Below are positions 43,672-52,877 of a stretch of DNA of 64,000 nt, piece by piece. Under the pieces are notes generated by a model. The model made no database searches, had not been told where the DNA came from, and saw only the letters and a program-made list of their open reading frames with translations. Position 1 is the first letter of the stretch. Every line of letters begins with the position of its first letter. Made by a program: the position numbers and the translations under genes. Location of the stretch: NCBI GenBank assembly GCA_028877205.1, contig JAPPHY010000003.1, positions 64,083 to 128,082 on the forward strand, in the 5' to 3' direction. Source of the stretch: Chloroflexota bacterium. Lineage in GTDB: Bacteria; Chloroflexota; Dehalococcoidia; Lucifugimonadales; UBA2985.

Positions 43672-46335
43672 ATGTTGGAGACCGAAACCAGGGTGGCGAC
43701 CGCGCCCAGAGCGCTGGACGGCATCCGCGTCCTGGACTTCACGTGGGTTCGAGCAGGCCCGTGGTGCAACAGGTGGCTGGGCGCACTCGGCGCGGAGGTC
43801 ATCAAGGTGGAGTGGCCTCAGAGCCCCAACACCCGCGGCATCGGCGGGCAGCCCGTGCCCGGATTCGAGCCGACACTGAATACCGGCGGCCACTTCAGCG
43901 ACACCAACGCCAACAAGCTCAGCATTACGCTGAACACCCGCACGCCTCGCGGCCAAGACCTGGTCAGGCGGCTCGTCTCCGTGTCCGACATCGTGATCGA
44001 GAACTTCGCCTATGGAGTTCTCGACCGGTGGGGCCTGGGCTACGAGGACATGAAGAAGCTCAGGCCGGACATCATCTACCTGTCCATGTCGGGATTCGGC
44101 CACACCGGCCGCGACCGCGACTACCAAACGATGGGGCCGATCGCGCAGGCCCTGTCCGGCCTGACGTACACCTCCGGCCTGCCCGGTGAGCAGCCCGCGG
44201 GCTGGGGCTGGTCCTACATGGACGACACCGGCGGCTACTTCGGCGCCATCTACGCACTGAGCGCGCTGTACCACCGCAACGTGACGGGCGAGGGCCAGCA
44301 CGTAGACCAGTCGCAGTGGATCACAGGCGTCCCCCTGAACGGCGCTGTGTTCCTCGACATCCAGGCCAACGAGCGCTCCTCGGTTCGGGAGGGCTATCCG
44401 CCCGGCAACCGCGCCCACTGGCCCGGGACGCCCCTCACGAACGCCTACCGGGAGCGCACGGTTGCGCCCCACAACTCGTATCGCACGAGCCCCGGCGGCT
44501 ACAACGACTACACCACCATCGTGTGCGTGACGGACCGAGAGTGGCAGAACCTGGTGGAGGTCATGGGATCGCCGCCGTGGGCCAAGGACTCGAAGTTCGA
44601 CACGCTTGCGGGCAGGCTGGCGAACCAGGGGGAGCTGGACGCCGGCATCGAGGCGTGGACGTCCACGCTGGACAAGTACGACATCATGGAGCGGTGCCAG
44701 AGGGCAGGAGTGCCCTCAATGCCCGTCCAGAGCAACGAGGACCGCTTCGAGAACGACGCGCAGCTTCAGGCCCGCGAGATGTTTCAGGACATGACGCACC
44801 CCGTGATCGGCACATGGCCGTTGCAGAACGCGCCGTTCAAGATGTCGGAGACGCCTGCGTACAACCACCAGACCGGCCCGCTGGTCGGCCAGCACAACAA
44901 GGACGTGTTCGAGGGTCTGTTGGGCATAAGCCACGAGGAGTTGGTGGACGGCTTCGAGGACGGCACCTTCTGGCCGAAGGATCTCGACCGCACGCCGTAC
45001 CCGTACCTGCAGGAGATGATCGACGACGGGACGTCCCCGGACTGGGCGGGCATGCCCAAGGGTCCGCTTCCGGCGCCCGCACCAATACGCACGCCGGACG
45101 CTGAGACGGGTCCGTTCGGAGGCCTGCGCGTGCTGGAGCTTTCGGACGAGAAGGGGCAGTGGGCCGGTAAGATCATGGGCGACCTCGGCGCCGACGTCAT
45201 CAAGATAGAGCCTCCCGGAGGCGAGTGCACCCGCACGGTGGGGCCGTTCTACCAGGACGTGCCAAACCGCGAGAAGAGCCTCTACTTCTGGCACTACAAC
45301 ACGTCCAAGCGCGGCATCACGCTGGACCTGGAGACCGAGGACGGGCGGCGGCTGTTCCGCCAGTTGGCTGACGGCGCGGACGTGATTCTGGAGACGTTCA
45401 ATCCGGGCTACATGGACTCGCTCGGCCTGGGGTACGACGACCTGAAGGAGAGCAACCCAGGCCTGATCATGTGCTCGCTGACCTCGTTCGGTCAGACGGG
45501 GCCGTGGAAGGACTACGTGGGCAACGACCTGCTGCACCTGGCGGCGGGCGGCCAGATGGCCTGCTGCGGCTACACGGAGGAGGACCTGCCGGGTGCGCCT
45601 CCGATCGCGCCGGGTGGTGGCCAAGCGTGGCACACCGGCAGCCACTTCGCCAACATCGCCATCATCGCCGCGCTCATGCATCGCACGCGCACCGGCCGCG
45701 GCCAGTACATCGACACCTCCGTCCACGAGTCGCTCGCACTCACCACTGAGATGCACGTCAACACCTGGATTTACAACAAGCAGGTGGTGCAGCGCCAGAC
45801 GGGTCGCCACGCCGCCGCCCAGCCCAACCAGCGTTCCCAGCACATGTGCGGCGACGGCAAGTTCGTCAACGTTGGCGCTCAGATCGTCACCCGCATCACG
45901 GGCGAGCAGCTCAAGGTGCTGCGCGGCTGGTACGAGGAGCTTGGCCTCCCCGTCGACCTGATCGACGAGAAGGAACGGAACCCGGAGGTCATCACGGACA
46001 ACGAGCTGTTCATGATGCTGCTGGCCAGCGCCACCCGCGACCAGATCTACCACGGCGGGCAGAAGCGGGGCTTCAACCTCGGCGCAGTCCGCTCCCCGGA
46101 CGAGGTGATGGAGGACCCACACCTAGAGGACCGCGGATTCTGGACGGCGGTTGAGCAGCCGCAGGTTGGCAAGAGCTTTCTGCATCCCGGCCCGGCGGGC
46201 ATATTCAACGGTTCGCCGTGGCGCATCTCCCGGCGCGCTCCCATGATCGGTGAGCACAACGAGGAAGTGCTGTGCGGAGAGCTGGGCCTGAGCCGAGCGG
46301 AGCTCGCGGTCCTGGCCGAGAGCGGAGTGGTCTAA
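43672..46335 (+). CDS. fusion of two family III (CaiB/BaiF) CoA-transferase modules
   Basis: Module 1 is LDGIRVLDFTWVRAGPWCNRWLGALGAEVIKVE. Module 2 starts near residue 480 with FGGLRVLELSDEKGQWAGKIMGDLGADVIKIEPPGG. 887 aa in total. Confidence 0.85.
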   Translation: MLETETRVATAPRALDGIRVLDFTWVRAGPWCNRWLGALGAEVIKVEWPQSPNTRGIGGQPVPGFEPTLNTGGHFSDTNANKLSITLNTRTPRGQDLVRRLVSVSDIVIENFAYGVLDRWGLGYEDMKKLRPDIIYLSMSGFGHTGRDRDYQTMGPIAQALSGLTYTSGLPGEQPAGWGWSYMDDTGGYFGAIYALSALYHRNVTGEGQHVDQSQWITGVPLNGAVFLDIQANERSSVREGYPPGNRAHWPGTPLTNAYRERTVAPHNSYRTSPGGYNDYTTIVCVTDREWQNLVEVMGSPPWAKDSKFDTLAGRLANQGELDAGIEAWTSTLDKYDIMERCQRAGVPSMPVQSNEDRFENDAQLQAREMFQDMTHPVIGTWPLQNAPFKMSETPAYNHQTGPLVGQHNKDVFEGLLGISHEELVDGFEDGTFWPKDLDRTPYPYLQEMIDDGTSPDWAGMPKGPLPAPAPIRTPDAETGPFGGLRVLELSDEKGQWAGKIMGDLGADVIKIEPPGGECTRTVGPFYQDVPNREKSLYFWHYNTSKRGITLDLETEDGRRLFRQLADGADVILETFNPGYMDSLGLGYDDLKESNPGLIMCSLTSFGQTGPWKDYVGNDLLHLAAGGQMACCGYTEEDLPGAPPIAPGGGQAWHTGSHFANIAIIAALMHRTRTGRGQYIDTSVHESLALTTEMHVNTWIYNKQVVQRQTGRHAAAQPNQRSQHMCGDGKFVNVGAQIVTRITGEQLKVLRGWYEELGLPVDLIDEKERNPEVITDNELFMMLLASATRDQIYHGGQKRGFNLGAVRSPDEVMEDPHLEDRGFWTAVEQPQVGKSFLHPGPAGIFNGSPWRISRRAPMIGEHNEEVLCGELGLSRAELAVLAESGVV

Positions 46336-46378
46336 CAGCGCCCATCGCTCAACCGGAGCTTGGCATAGACTCGATGCG

Positions 46379-46408
46379 GCAGCCCCTCTCACGCGTGAGA
46401 GGGGCTGC
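46379..46408 (+). terminator. 13-14 bp perfect GC-rich hairpin after the CoA-transferase gene
   Basis: GCAGCCCCTCTCACGCGTGAGAGGGGCTGC. There is no T-tract. Confidence 0.5.
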
Positions 46409-46464
46409 TGTCGCGACTGCCCAGGTGTGACGCGCCGACGATTGCGTCTTACAATGGTGAGGTC

Positions 46465-47466
46465 ATGGAGAGCGTAAACGTCCTGGTAGGCTGGGCACTG
46501 CCGCCGCCGCTGATGGAGCGGATAGCAGCCGTTGACCCTCGCGTGCGCCTCCTCAATGACCCATACCTGGACATCCCAAGACCGCCTGTGTGGCCGCCGT
46601 TCTACTTCCCGGAGCAGCTCCTACCGCTCTTCCCCAGTGCCCAGGTGGTCTTCACCTCCAGGCTGCCGCCGGATGCGCTGAGCCTGGCGCCCGGACTCCG
46701 ATGGCTGCAGCTTCTCAGCGCGGGCGCAGACGTGGCAATCGGCGACGGTTCTGCCTGGGGCGGCATCCAAGTCACCACAGCGAGGGGCGTGCAGGCCATA
46801 CCGCTGTCGGAGTGGGTGGTGGGCGCGATGATCGCGCTGAGCAAGCGGTTCCCCGGAGCCGTCCGTGCCCAGGACCGCTGCGAGTACTGGAAGTTCCTGG
46901 GAGGCGAGCTTGCGGAACGGACAGTTGGCATCCTCGGCATGGGCAGCATCGGAGGCAGGGTGGCGCGCCTGTGCAAGGCGCTGGACATGCGCGTCCTGGG
47001 AATGCGCCGCTCCGTCACCGAGGCGCGGGAAAGCCCCGGCGAGGCCGATCTGCTCGTGCCGCCGCGCGACCTTCCGTTTCTTCTGCGCGAGAGCGACTTC
47101 CTGGTGCTCTGCCTGCCGAGGACTCGCGAGACCGCGGGCCTGATAGGCCCGGCCGAGTTCCGCCAGATGAAGGAGGGGGCCTGCCTGATCAACGTGGGCC
47201 GAGGCGGCATCGTGGACGAGGATGCGCTGGTTGAGGCGGTGCGGTCCGGCCGCCTCGCGGGTGCGGCGCTGGACGTGTTCGCGCAGGAGCCGCTGCCGCC
47301 TGAGAGCCCTCTGTGGAGCGAGCCTCGAATTCTGATGACTGCCCACAACGCCGCAAACTCGCACCGGTACGAGGAGCGCGGCACCGAGCTGTTCCTCGAG
47401 AACCTGCGCAGGTTCCTGGACGGCCGCGAGCTGCTCAACGTATACGATCGCGAACGCGGCTACTGA
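46465..47466 (+). CDS. D-isomer-specific 2-hydroxyacid dehydrogenase
   Basis: The NAD motif is VGILGMGSIGGRVA, followed by ...NVGRGGIVDE...AALDVF..EPLP....L...P....T.H. Confidence 0.85.
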   Translation: MESVNVLVGWALPPPLMERIAAVDPRVRLLNDPYLDIPRPPVWPPFYFPEQLLPLFPSAQVVFTSRLPPDALSLAPGLRWLQLLSAGADVAIGDGSAWGGIQVTTARGVQAIPLSEWVVGAMIALSKRFPGAVRAQDRCEYWKFLGGELAERTVGILGMGSIGGRVARLCKALDMRVLGMRRSVTEARESPGEADLLVPPRDLPFLLRESDFLVLCLPRTRETAGLIGPAEFRQMKEGACLINVGRGGIVDEDALVEAVRSGRLAGAALDVFAQEPLPPESPLWSEPRILMTAHNAANSHRYEERGTELFLENLRRFLDGRELLNVYDRERGY

Positions 47467-47529
47467 GAGAGACGTAAGACCGGCAGATCGCAGCGTCGTG
47501 CGACCGGCGCGCTCTTGGGTCGTTAACTG

Positions 47530-47563
47530 ACAGGGCCGGGGAGCTTACGCCCACCGGCCCTGT
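47530..47563. terminator. 10-bp hairpin between convergent genes
   Basis: ACAGGGCCGG-15 nt-CCGGCCCTGT, followed by ACATTTTCC. Confidence 0.45.
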
Positions 47564-47587
47564 ACATTTTCCCTATAGGGATCGGCG

Positions 47588-48469
47588 CTAGTTCTGCTGC
47601 CTGCTTTGCCTCAGGTAGTAGCCGCCGGCTGCCATCAGGACGAGTGCCACTGCCACCAGGCCGATCATGAGACCGGAGGTGGGGGCAACGTCACCGACCA
47701 CGGGAGGCAGAGGTGTGGGCGTAGCCGTCGGCGGGCTGGTAGCCGTCGGCGGTCGCGTGGCGGTCGGAATGGGGGTAGCCGTGGGAACGCCCGGCAGTGG
47801 TGTTGACGTGGGCAACGGCGTGGGCGTTGGAGGTGCGGGGAATCCCACAACCGCAAAGTGACTCAGCCGGCTCACAGAGGTCGAAATCGTCCCGTTGACC
47901 ACGTCGACGGAGGAGGTGAGACGCGACCACGTTTGGAATGCCGAGTCGTACTTGTATATTGCCAGCCTGGCGGGATTGCTGTCCGCGGCCGAGAGGTCTG
48001 CCTCGGAATACTTGATCGTGATGGTGGCAGCGCTATCGAAGCGGACACTCGCCATGCTGGCGCCGGCCTCGTCGTAGCCTGTCAACTCGAAGAGCGTGTC
48101 ACCGAATGAGCCGCCGTCCGGCGCGGGCGCCTCCGCGTCCCTGGCCGTCGTGGGCTCATACACCAGATAGCCGGCTGCCCTGGGGCCGGATGCCGGGATG
48201 GAGACGGTGACCTTGCCATCCGGGGAGGACAGGGTTTCCGCAGTGCCGGGTGTAAGCGCGACCATTGCCCCGCCGTCAGGCACCGGAATCTCCGGGGCCG
48301 GGGCTTCCTCTGTGGCTTCGCCGTCCGTGCTGGTGGTGCCCGCGTCCTGTGCGCTGGCGCTCTGCGGGCTGCCGGCCCAGGCGGTAAGGTAAAGTGATGC
48401 GACCAGTGCGAGTATTCCTACGACGATGAGGGTGTAGAGCAACCCCTTCGACTCTCTTAGTGCAGGCAT
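47588..48469 (-). CDS. cell-surface protein with an N-terminal signal/anchor, Pro/Thr-rich stalk and C-terminal TM anchor
   Basis: N-terminal LLYTLIVVGILALVASLYL. The C-terminus is PTPTPLPTSTPLPGVPTATPIPTATRPPTATSPPTATPTPLPPVVGDVAPTSGLMIGLVAVALVLMAAGGYYLRQSRQQN. Confidence 0.6.
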   Translation of the reverse strand: MPALRESKGLLYTLIVVGILALVASLYLTAWAGSPQSASAQDAGTTSTDGEATEEAPAPEIPVPDGGAMVALTPGTAETLSSPDGKVTVSIPASGPRAAGYLVYEPTTARDAEAPAPDGGSFGDTLFELTGYDEAGASMASVRFDSAATITIKYSEADLSAADSNPARLAIYKYDSAFQTWSRLTSSVDVVNGTISTSVSRLSHFAVVGFPAPPTPTPLPTSTPLPGVPTATPIPTATRPPTATSPPTATPTPLPPVVGDVAPTSGLMIGLVAVALVLMAAGGYYLRQSRQQN

Positions 48470-48770
48470 ATTGCCCTCCTGGCGTCCGTATCTGCTATCG
48501 ACAACTCGAGTCTGTCACCGGCAGGGAAGGCTCGCAGGTGCGCGGTACAACCTCTCCGCCGTCACTCTGGCGAAAGCTAGCGGTAAGCCTACTACAAGAC
48601 GGTGCCTTAGTCAAGACGTAGTGAGTGCATTTGTGAAGAGTATGCGAATGGGGGCGTCACGGGCTGGGCCGTTCAGCCTATCGACTCGGCGCCCCGTCGA
48701 TGTGTACGGCTAGCCGCCCCTGTGCTATGCTACGGCCCTGTCTGTGGACACTTGGCGCTGTGAGGCCAAC

Positions 48771-49715
48771 ATGACACCCACCAAGATCCTGGTCACAGGT
48801 GGCGCGGGGTTCATCGGTTCCCACGTCGTGGACCGGCTCCTTGAGCTGGGTCACAACGTGGCGGTGGTCGACAACCTCGCCTCCGGCAGCGCGGCGAACC
48901 TCTCGCCGGCCGCCACACTGTTTGAAACGGACATCTCAGGCCTGGCTCTCGACGACGTGCTCCGCGCCGAGAGGCCGGAGGTGGTCTGCCACTACGCCGC
49001 CCAGATAAGCGTTACGCACTCCATGCGAGACCCCGTGGCGGACGCCAGCACCAACATACTGGGCTCGCTGAACCTGCTACAGAGCTGCGTGCGAAATGGC
49101 GTGCGAAAGGTGGTCTACACCTCCAGCGGCGGGGCCATCTACGGCGAGCCGCAGTACCTCCCGTGCGACGAGGACCATCCCGTGCAGCCGCTCTCTTACT
49201 ACGGCGCATCCAAGTACGCGGTCGAGAAGTACCTCTACGTCTACCGGCAGGCCCATGGGCTGGACTACACAGCGCTCCGGCTCGGTAACGTCTACGGACC
49301 GCGGCAGGACCCCACGGGAGAGGCCGGGGTGGTCGCCATCTTCGCTCAGGCTATGCTGGAGGGCAGGCCCATAACCATTTTCGGCACGGGTGAGCAGGAG
49401 CGGGACTTCGTCTACGTGCGAGACGTGGCGGAGGCCAGCGTGGCGGCCCTTGAGCGGGGAGACGGCGAGGCGTACAACATCGGCACCGGCGCCGGAACTT
49501 CGATCAACCGCATCTACGCGCTGCTGAAGGAGGGCGCCGGGTACTCGGAGGAGGCGTCCTACGGCCCGGCGCGGCCCGGCGACGTGTTCAGGATCTACCT
49601 GGACATCGCGAGGGCCCGCGAAGGACTGGGGTGGGAGCCACGGTACACGCTGGAGGACGGGCTGCGTGAGACGGTGCAGTGGTTTAGGGGCGGCGGGGGT
49701 AAGGGGAATGAGTGA
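48771..49715 (+). CDS. NAD-dependent sugar-nucleotide epimerase (GalE-like)
   Basis: ILVTGGAGFIGSH and the YGASKYAVE catalytic YxxxK are present. Confidence 0.85.
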   Translation: MTPTKILVTGGAGFIGSHVVDRLLELGHNVAVVDNLASGSAANLSPAATLFETDISGLALDDVLRAERPEVVCHYAAQISVTHSMRDPVADASTNILGSLNLLQSCVRNGVRKVVYTSSGGAIYGEPQYLPCDEDHPVQPLSYYGASKYAVEKYLYVYRQAHGLDYTALRLGNVYGPRQDPTGEAGVVAIFAQAMLEGRPITIFGTGEQERDFVYVRDVAEASVAALERGDGEAYNIGTGAGTSINRIYALLKEGAGYSEEASYGPARPGDVFRIYLDIARAREGLGWEPRYTLEDGLRETVQWFRGGGGKGNE

Positions 49716-49733
49716 AGTGGGAGGCAAGCAGAC

Positions 49734-50768
49734 ATGCAACAGATTAGGCTCTGGGAGATAACTTCAGACCAAAAGCTTGCAGAGATTCCGGTCGACCCAA
49801 TCTCTTTGGAAGAGCGACTGGAGGATTGGCTCGCCAGCGATATCGACGTGCTGGACGCGAATCTACTGGTTATCGGGAGGCAGGTGGAAACCGACTTTCG
49901 TGGGAAGATAGACCTACTTTGCCTGGATGGGTTGGGGAATACTGTGGTCATTGAGCTAAAGAAGGAGAGGACGCCTAGGGATGTGACCGCCCAAGCCCTA
50001 GAATACGCCTCATGGGTCAAGAACCTTACTTCTGAGAGGCTGATTGAGATTGCGGACAGATACTTTGAGTCTTCTGACGCTCTGGAGGTAAAGTTCCTAG
50101 AAAAGTTTCGTGAGGAACTGCCCAGTGAACTGAACCAAGACCATCGTTCACTCATTGTTGCCGAAGAGACTGATCAGAGCACACGCAGGATCGTCCGTTA
50201 CCTGTCTGAAATGAGTGTGCGTATCAACGTGGCGACCGTAAGGCACTTCAAGGGTGCCGACGGCCGTGAGATGCTTGCCCAGGTCTACCTGATAGAGCCG
50301 GAAGTGGCAGAGGAGAGGGCAAGAGCCGCGTCTAAGCGCAAGGGGGTTACTCTGCCGAGTCTCCAAGCAGAGGCGGACGGAAACGGCATTGGCGAGATGT
50401 TTAGAAGAGTGCGAGAGGGCACGCAGGGCGTCCTACTGGCGCGACCTTATCCCGGAAGGGTCTTCTACGTAGTTCAGCTAGCCGACGGTGGGCAGCGGAC
50501 GGTTCTGATTGTTTGGTCTGAACTGCCCGAAGAAGGCGGCGGCATGAGCTTTAGAATTCACGCAACAAGATTCAATGAGTTCCGGAGTGTGAGCAAGGCG
50601 CAGCTCTTAGAGTGGCTACCTGAAAGGACCTATGGCGCGGACGTTACGGGCTGGTCGGGCAGTTCTGCCGCTGAGAAAGCGAGCGCGGAGGGCTTGGGAG
50701 GCACATTCCAGAGCGTGGAGGAAGTGGAGACGTTCCTCGCCGGGCTCAGGACGCTGAGGGAGAGCTAG
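49734..50768 (+). CDS. NucS/DUF91-like PD-(D/E)xK nuclease domain protein with a C-terminal domain of unknown function
   Basis: The PD-(D/E)xK core layout is LEDWLASDIDVLDANLLVIGRQVETDFRGKIDLLCLDGLGNTVVIELKKERTPRDVTAQALEYASW. By eye the gene is clearly less GC-rich (about 50%) than its neighbours. Confidence 0.6.
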   Translation: MQQIRLWEITSDQKLAEIPVDPISLEERLEDWLASDIDVLDANLLVIGRQVETDFRGKIDLLCLDGLGNTVVIELKKERTPRDVTAQALEYASWVKNLTSERLIEIADRYFESSDALEVKFLEKFREELPSELNQDHRSLIVAEETDQSTRRIVRYLSEMSVRINVATVRHFKGADGREMLAQVYLIEPEVAEERARAASKRKGVTLPSLQAEADGNGIGEMFRRVREGTQGVLLARPYPGRVFYVVQLADGGQRTVLIVWSELPEEGGGMSFRIHATRFNEFRSVSKAQLLEWLPERTYGADVTGWSGSSAAEKASAEGLGGTFQSVEEVETFLAGLRTLRES

Positions 50769-50852
50769 GGTTCCGCGTCGCCGTTGAACCTGCGCTCACG
50801 CGTGTAGTAACATGCAGCATAGCCACCACCCTCTCCGCTCGGCAGGTCGCGC

Positions 50853-52877
50853 ATGAACGACTTCAGGTACTCCCGATGGGACGGCACCCAGCAGGTATTC
50901 GAGCCGTCGGAAGAGGACGTCATGGAGGAGATCGCCGACGACCTCATGGGCCACGGCGACCTCATGCGCTCCCTCCGCAGCCTGTTCCAGCGCGGCATGC
51001 AGGACCCGTCCGGCAACCGCATGCAGGGCCTGCGCGACATGCTCCAGCGCCTCCGCGAGCGTCGGCAGGAGCAGCTGGGTCGCTACAACCTGGACTCAGT
51101 CCTGGACGACATCAAGGAGCGCCTGAGCAGTATCGCCGAAACTGAGCGACAGGGCATCGACCGGCGGCTGGAGGAGGCGAGGCAGCAGCAGGCTCAGTCG
51201 CCCGCCGACGAGGCCGCGCAGCGCGAGCAGCTCATGCGAATGCTGGAGGAGCGGGCCACGCGCAACCGCGAGCGGCTCGACAACCTGCCCGAAAGCCCGG
51301 CCGGCGCTATCCGCGAGCTGAACGACTACGACTTCATGGACCCGGAGGCGCAGCGCCAGTTCCAGGAGCTCATGGACTTGCTCAAGCAGCGCGTCCTTGA
51401 GAACACGTTCCAGGACATGCGACAGCAGCTTCAGAACATGACCCCCGGGGACATGGCCGCGATGCGCCAGATGCTCCGCGACCTGAATCAAATGCTGCAG
51501 GACAGGATGAGCGGGCAGGAGCCGGACTTCCAGGGATTCATGGACCGTTACGGCAACATGTTCGGCGATGACCCACCGCAGGACCTGGACGAGCTGATGG
51601 AGCAGCTGCAGAGCCGCATGGGCCAGGCGCAGTCGCTGATGAACAGCATGTCGTCGGAGATGCGGCAGGAGCTGCAGGAGCTGATGGAGGAGGCGCTCGA
51701 CGCGGAGACAATGAGCGAGATGGCGCACCTGGCGTCAGCCATGAACCGCATGTACCCGCCGGACGAAATGGCCAACCGGTATCCGTTCCTCGGCGAGGAC
51801 TCGCTCACGTATGACGAGGCTATGGAGCTGATGGGACAGCTACAAGACATGGACGAGCTTGAGAGTAGGATTCAGGAGGCGACGCGACGGGGCAACCTTG
51901 AGAACCTGGACCTGGACGAGGTGCAGGAGCTTCTCGGCGACGACGCGCGGCGCGACCTTGAGCAGCTTCAGCGCATCGCCAGGATGCTCGAGGAGGCCGG
52001 CTACGTCACGCAGAAGGGCAACCGGCTGGAGCTGACTCCCAAGGGGATTAGGCGTATAGGCCAGAAGGCCATGAAGGACATCTTCGCGCAGATTAAGCGT
52101 GACCGCGCCGGCCAGCACCAGATGCACATGCGAGGCGCCGGCGGAGAGCGCTACGGCGACACGAAGCAGTACGAGTTCGGCGACCCGTTCGACCTCCACC
52201 TGGAGCGCACCATTCGGAACGCTCTGCTAAACCGCGGGGGTGGCACGCCGGTGAAGATCGCGCCGGTGGACTTCGAGATTCACGTGCCGGAGCACTCGGC
52301 GCAGGCGTCGACCGTGCTGCTGCTCGACCAGAGCCGCTCGATGGGCATGCATGGGAGCTTCGCCGCCGCCAAGAAGGTGGCGATGGCCCTTTCGACCCTG
52401 ATACGCACGCAGTTCCCGCGGGACAGGCTCTACATCGTGGGGTTCTCCGACTACGCCGTGGAGATCACCGAGGACGAGCTCACGCAGGTAACCTGGAACG
52501 ACTGGCAGTCGGGCACCAACATGCACCACGCGCTCATGCTGTCCCGCAAGCTGCTGGCCAAGGACAAGGGAGGTACCCGCCAGATCCTCATGGTCACGGA
52601 CGGCGAGCCCACCTGCCACCTGGAGGGCGACTACTCCTACTTCAGCTACCCGCCCAGCTACCAGACAATCCGCGAGACGCTGAAGGAGGTCAGGAGGTGC
52701 ACGCAGGAGGGCATCACCATCAACACCTTCATGCTGGAGAGCAGCGCCTACCTGGTGGACTTCGTGGACAGGATGATGCGAATCAACCGCGGCCGCGCCT
52801 TCTATTCGGGCCCCGGCAGCCTTGGGCAGTACGTGCTGGTGGACTACATGTCGAACCGCAGACGGCGCATCGCCTGA
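50853..52877 (+). CDS. large coiled-coil/acidic protein with a C-terminal von Willebrand factor A domain
   Basis: MIDAS VLLLDQSRSMG...SGTNMHHAL...MVTDGEPT. The N-terminal ~450 aa are Gln/Glu/Arg/Met-rich and helical. Confidence 0.75.
   Translation: MNDFRYSRWDGTQQVFEPSEEDVMEEIADDLMGHGDLMRSLRSLFQRGMQDPSGNRMQGLRDMLQRLRERRQEQLGRYNLDSVLDDIKERLSSIAETERQGIDRRLEEARQQQAQSPADEAAQREQLMRMLEERATRNRERLDNLPESPAGAIRELNDYDFMDPEAQRQFQELMDLLKQRVLENTFQDMRQQLQNMTPGDMAAMRQMLRDLNQMLQDRMSGQEPDFQGFMDRYGNMFGDDPPQDLDELMEQLQSRMGQAQSLMNSMSSEMRQELQELMEEALDAETMSEMAHLASAMNRMYPPDEMANRYPFLGEDSLTYDEAMELMGQLQDMDELESRIQEATRRGNLENLDLDEVQELLGDDARRDLEQLQRIARMLEEAGYVTQKGNRLELTPKGIRRIGQKAMKDIFAQIKRDRAGQHQMHMRGAGGERYGDTKQYEFGDPFDLHLERTIRNALLNRGGGTPVKIAPVDFEIHVPEHSAQASTVLLLDQSRSMGMHGSFAAAKKVAMALSTLIRTQFPRDRLYIVGFSDYAVEITEDELTQVTWNDWQSGTNMHHALMLSRKLLAKDKGGTRQILMVTDGEPTCHLEGDYSYFSYPPSYQTIRETLKEVRRCTQEGITINTFMLESSAYLVDFVDRMMRINRGRAFYSGPGSLGQYVLVDYMSNRRRRIA

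Noticed and set aside
44716-46122. 468-aa ORF antisense to the CoA-transferase fusion
   Set aside because: This is a shadow ORF with low-complexity Arg/Leu/Val/His composition.
47665-47861. Periodic GC-rich DNA (ccgtcggcgg.., gtgggc.. motifs) that at first looked like a tandem repeat or mini-array
   Set aside because: It is the coding sequence of the Pro/Thr-rich stalk of the surface protein. The units are irregular in length and there are no spacer-like unique segments, so it is not a CRISPR array or satellite.
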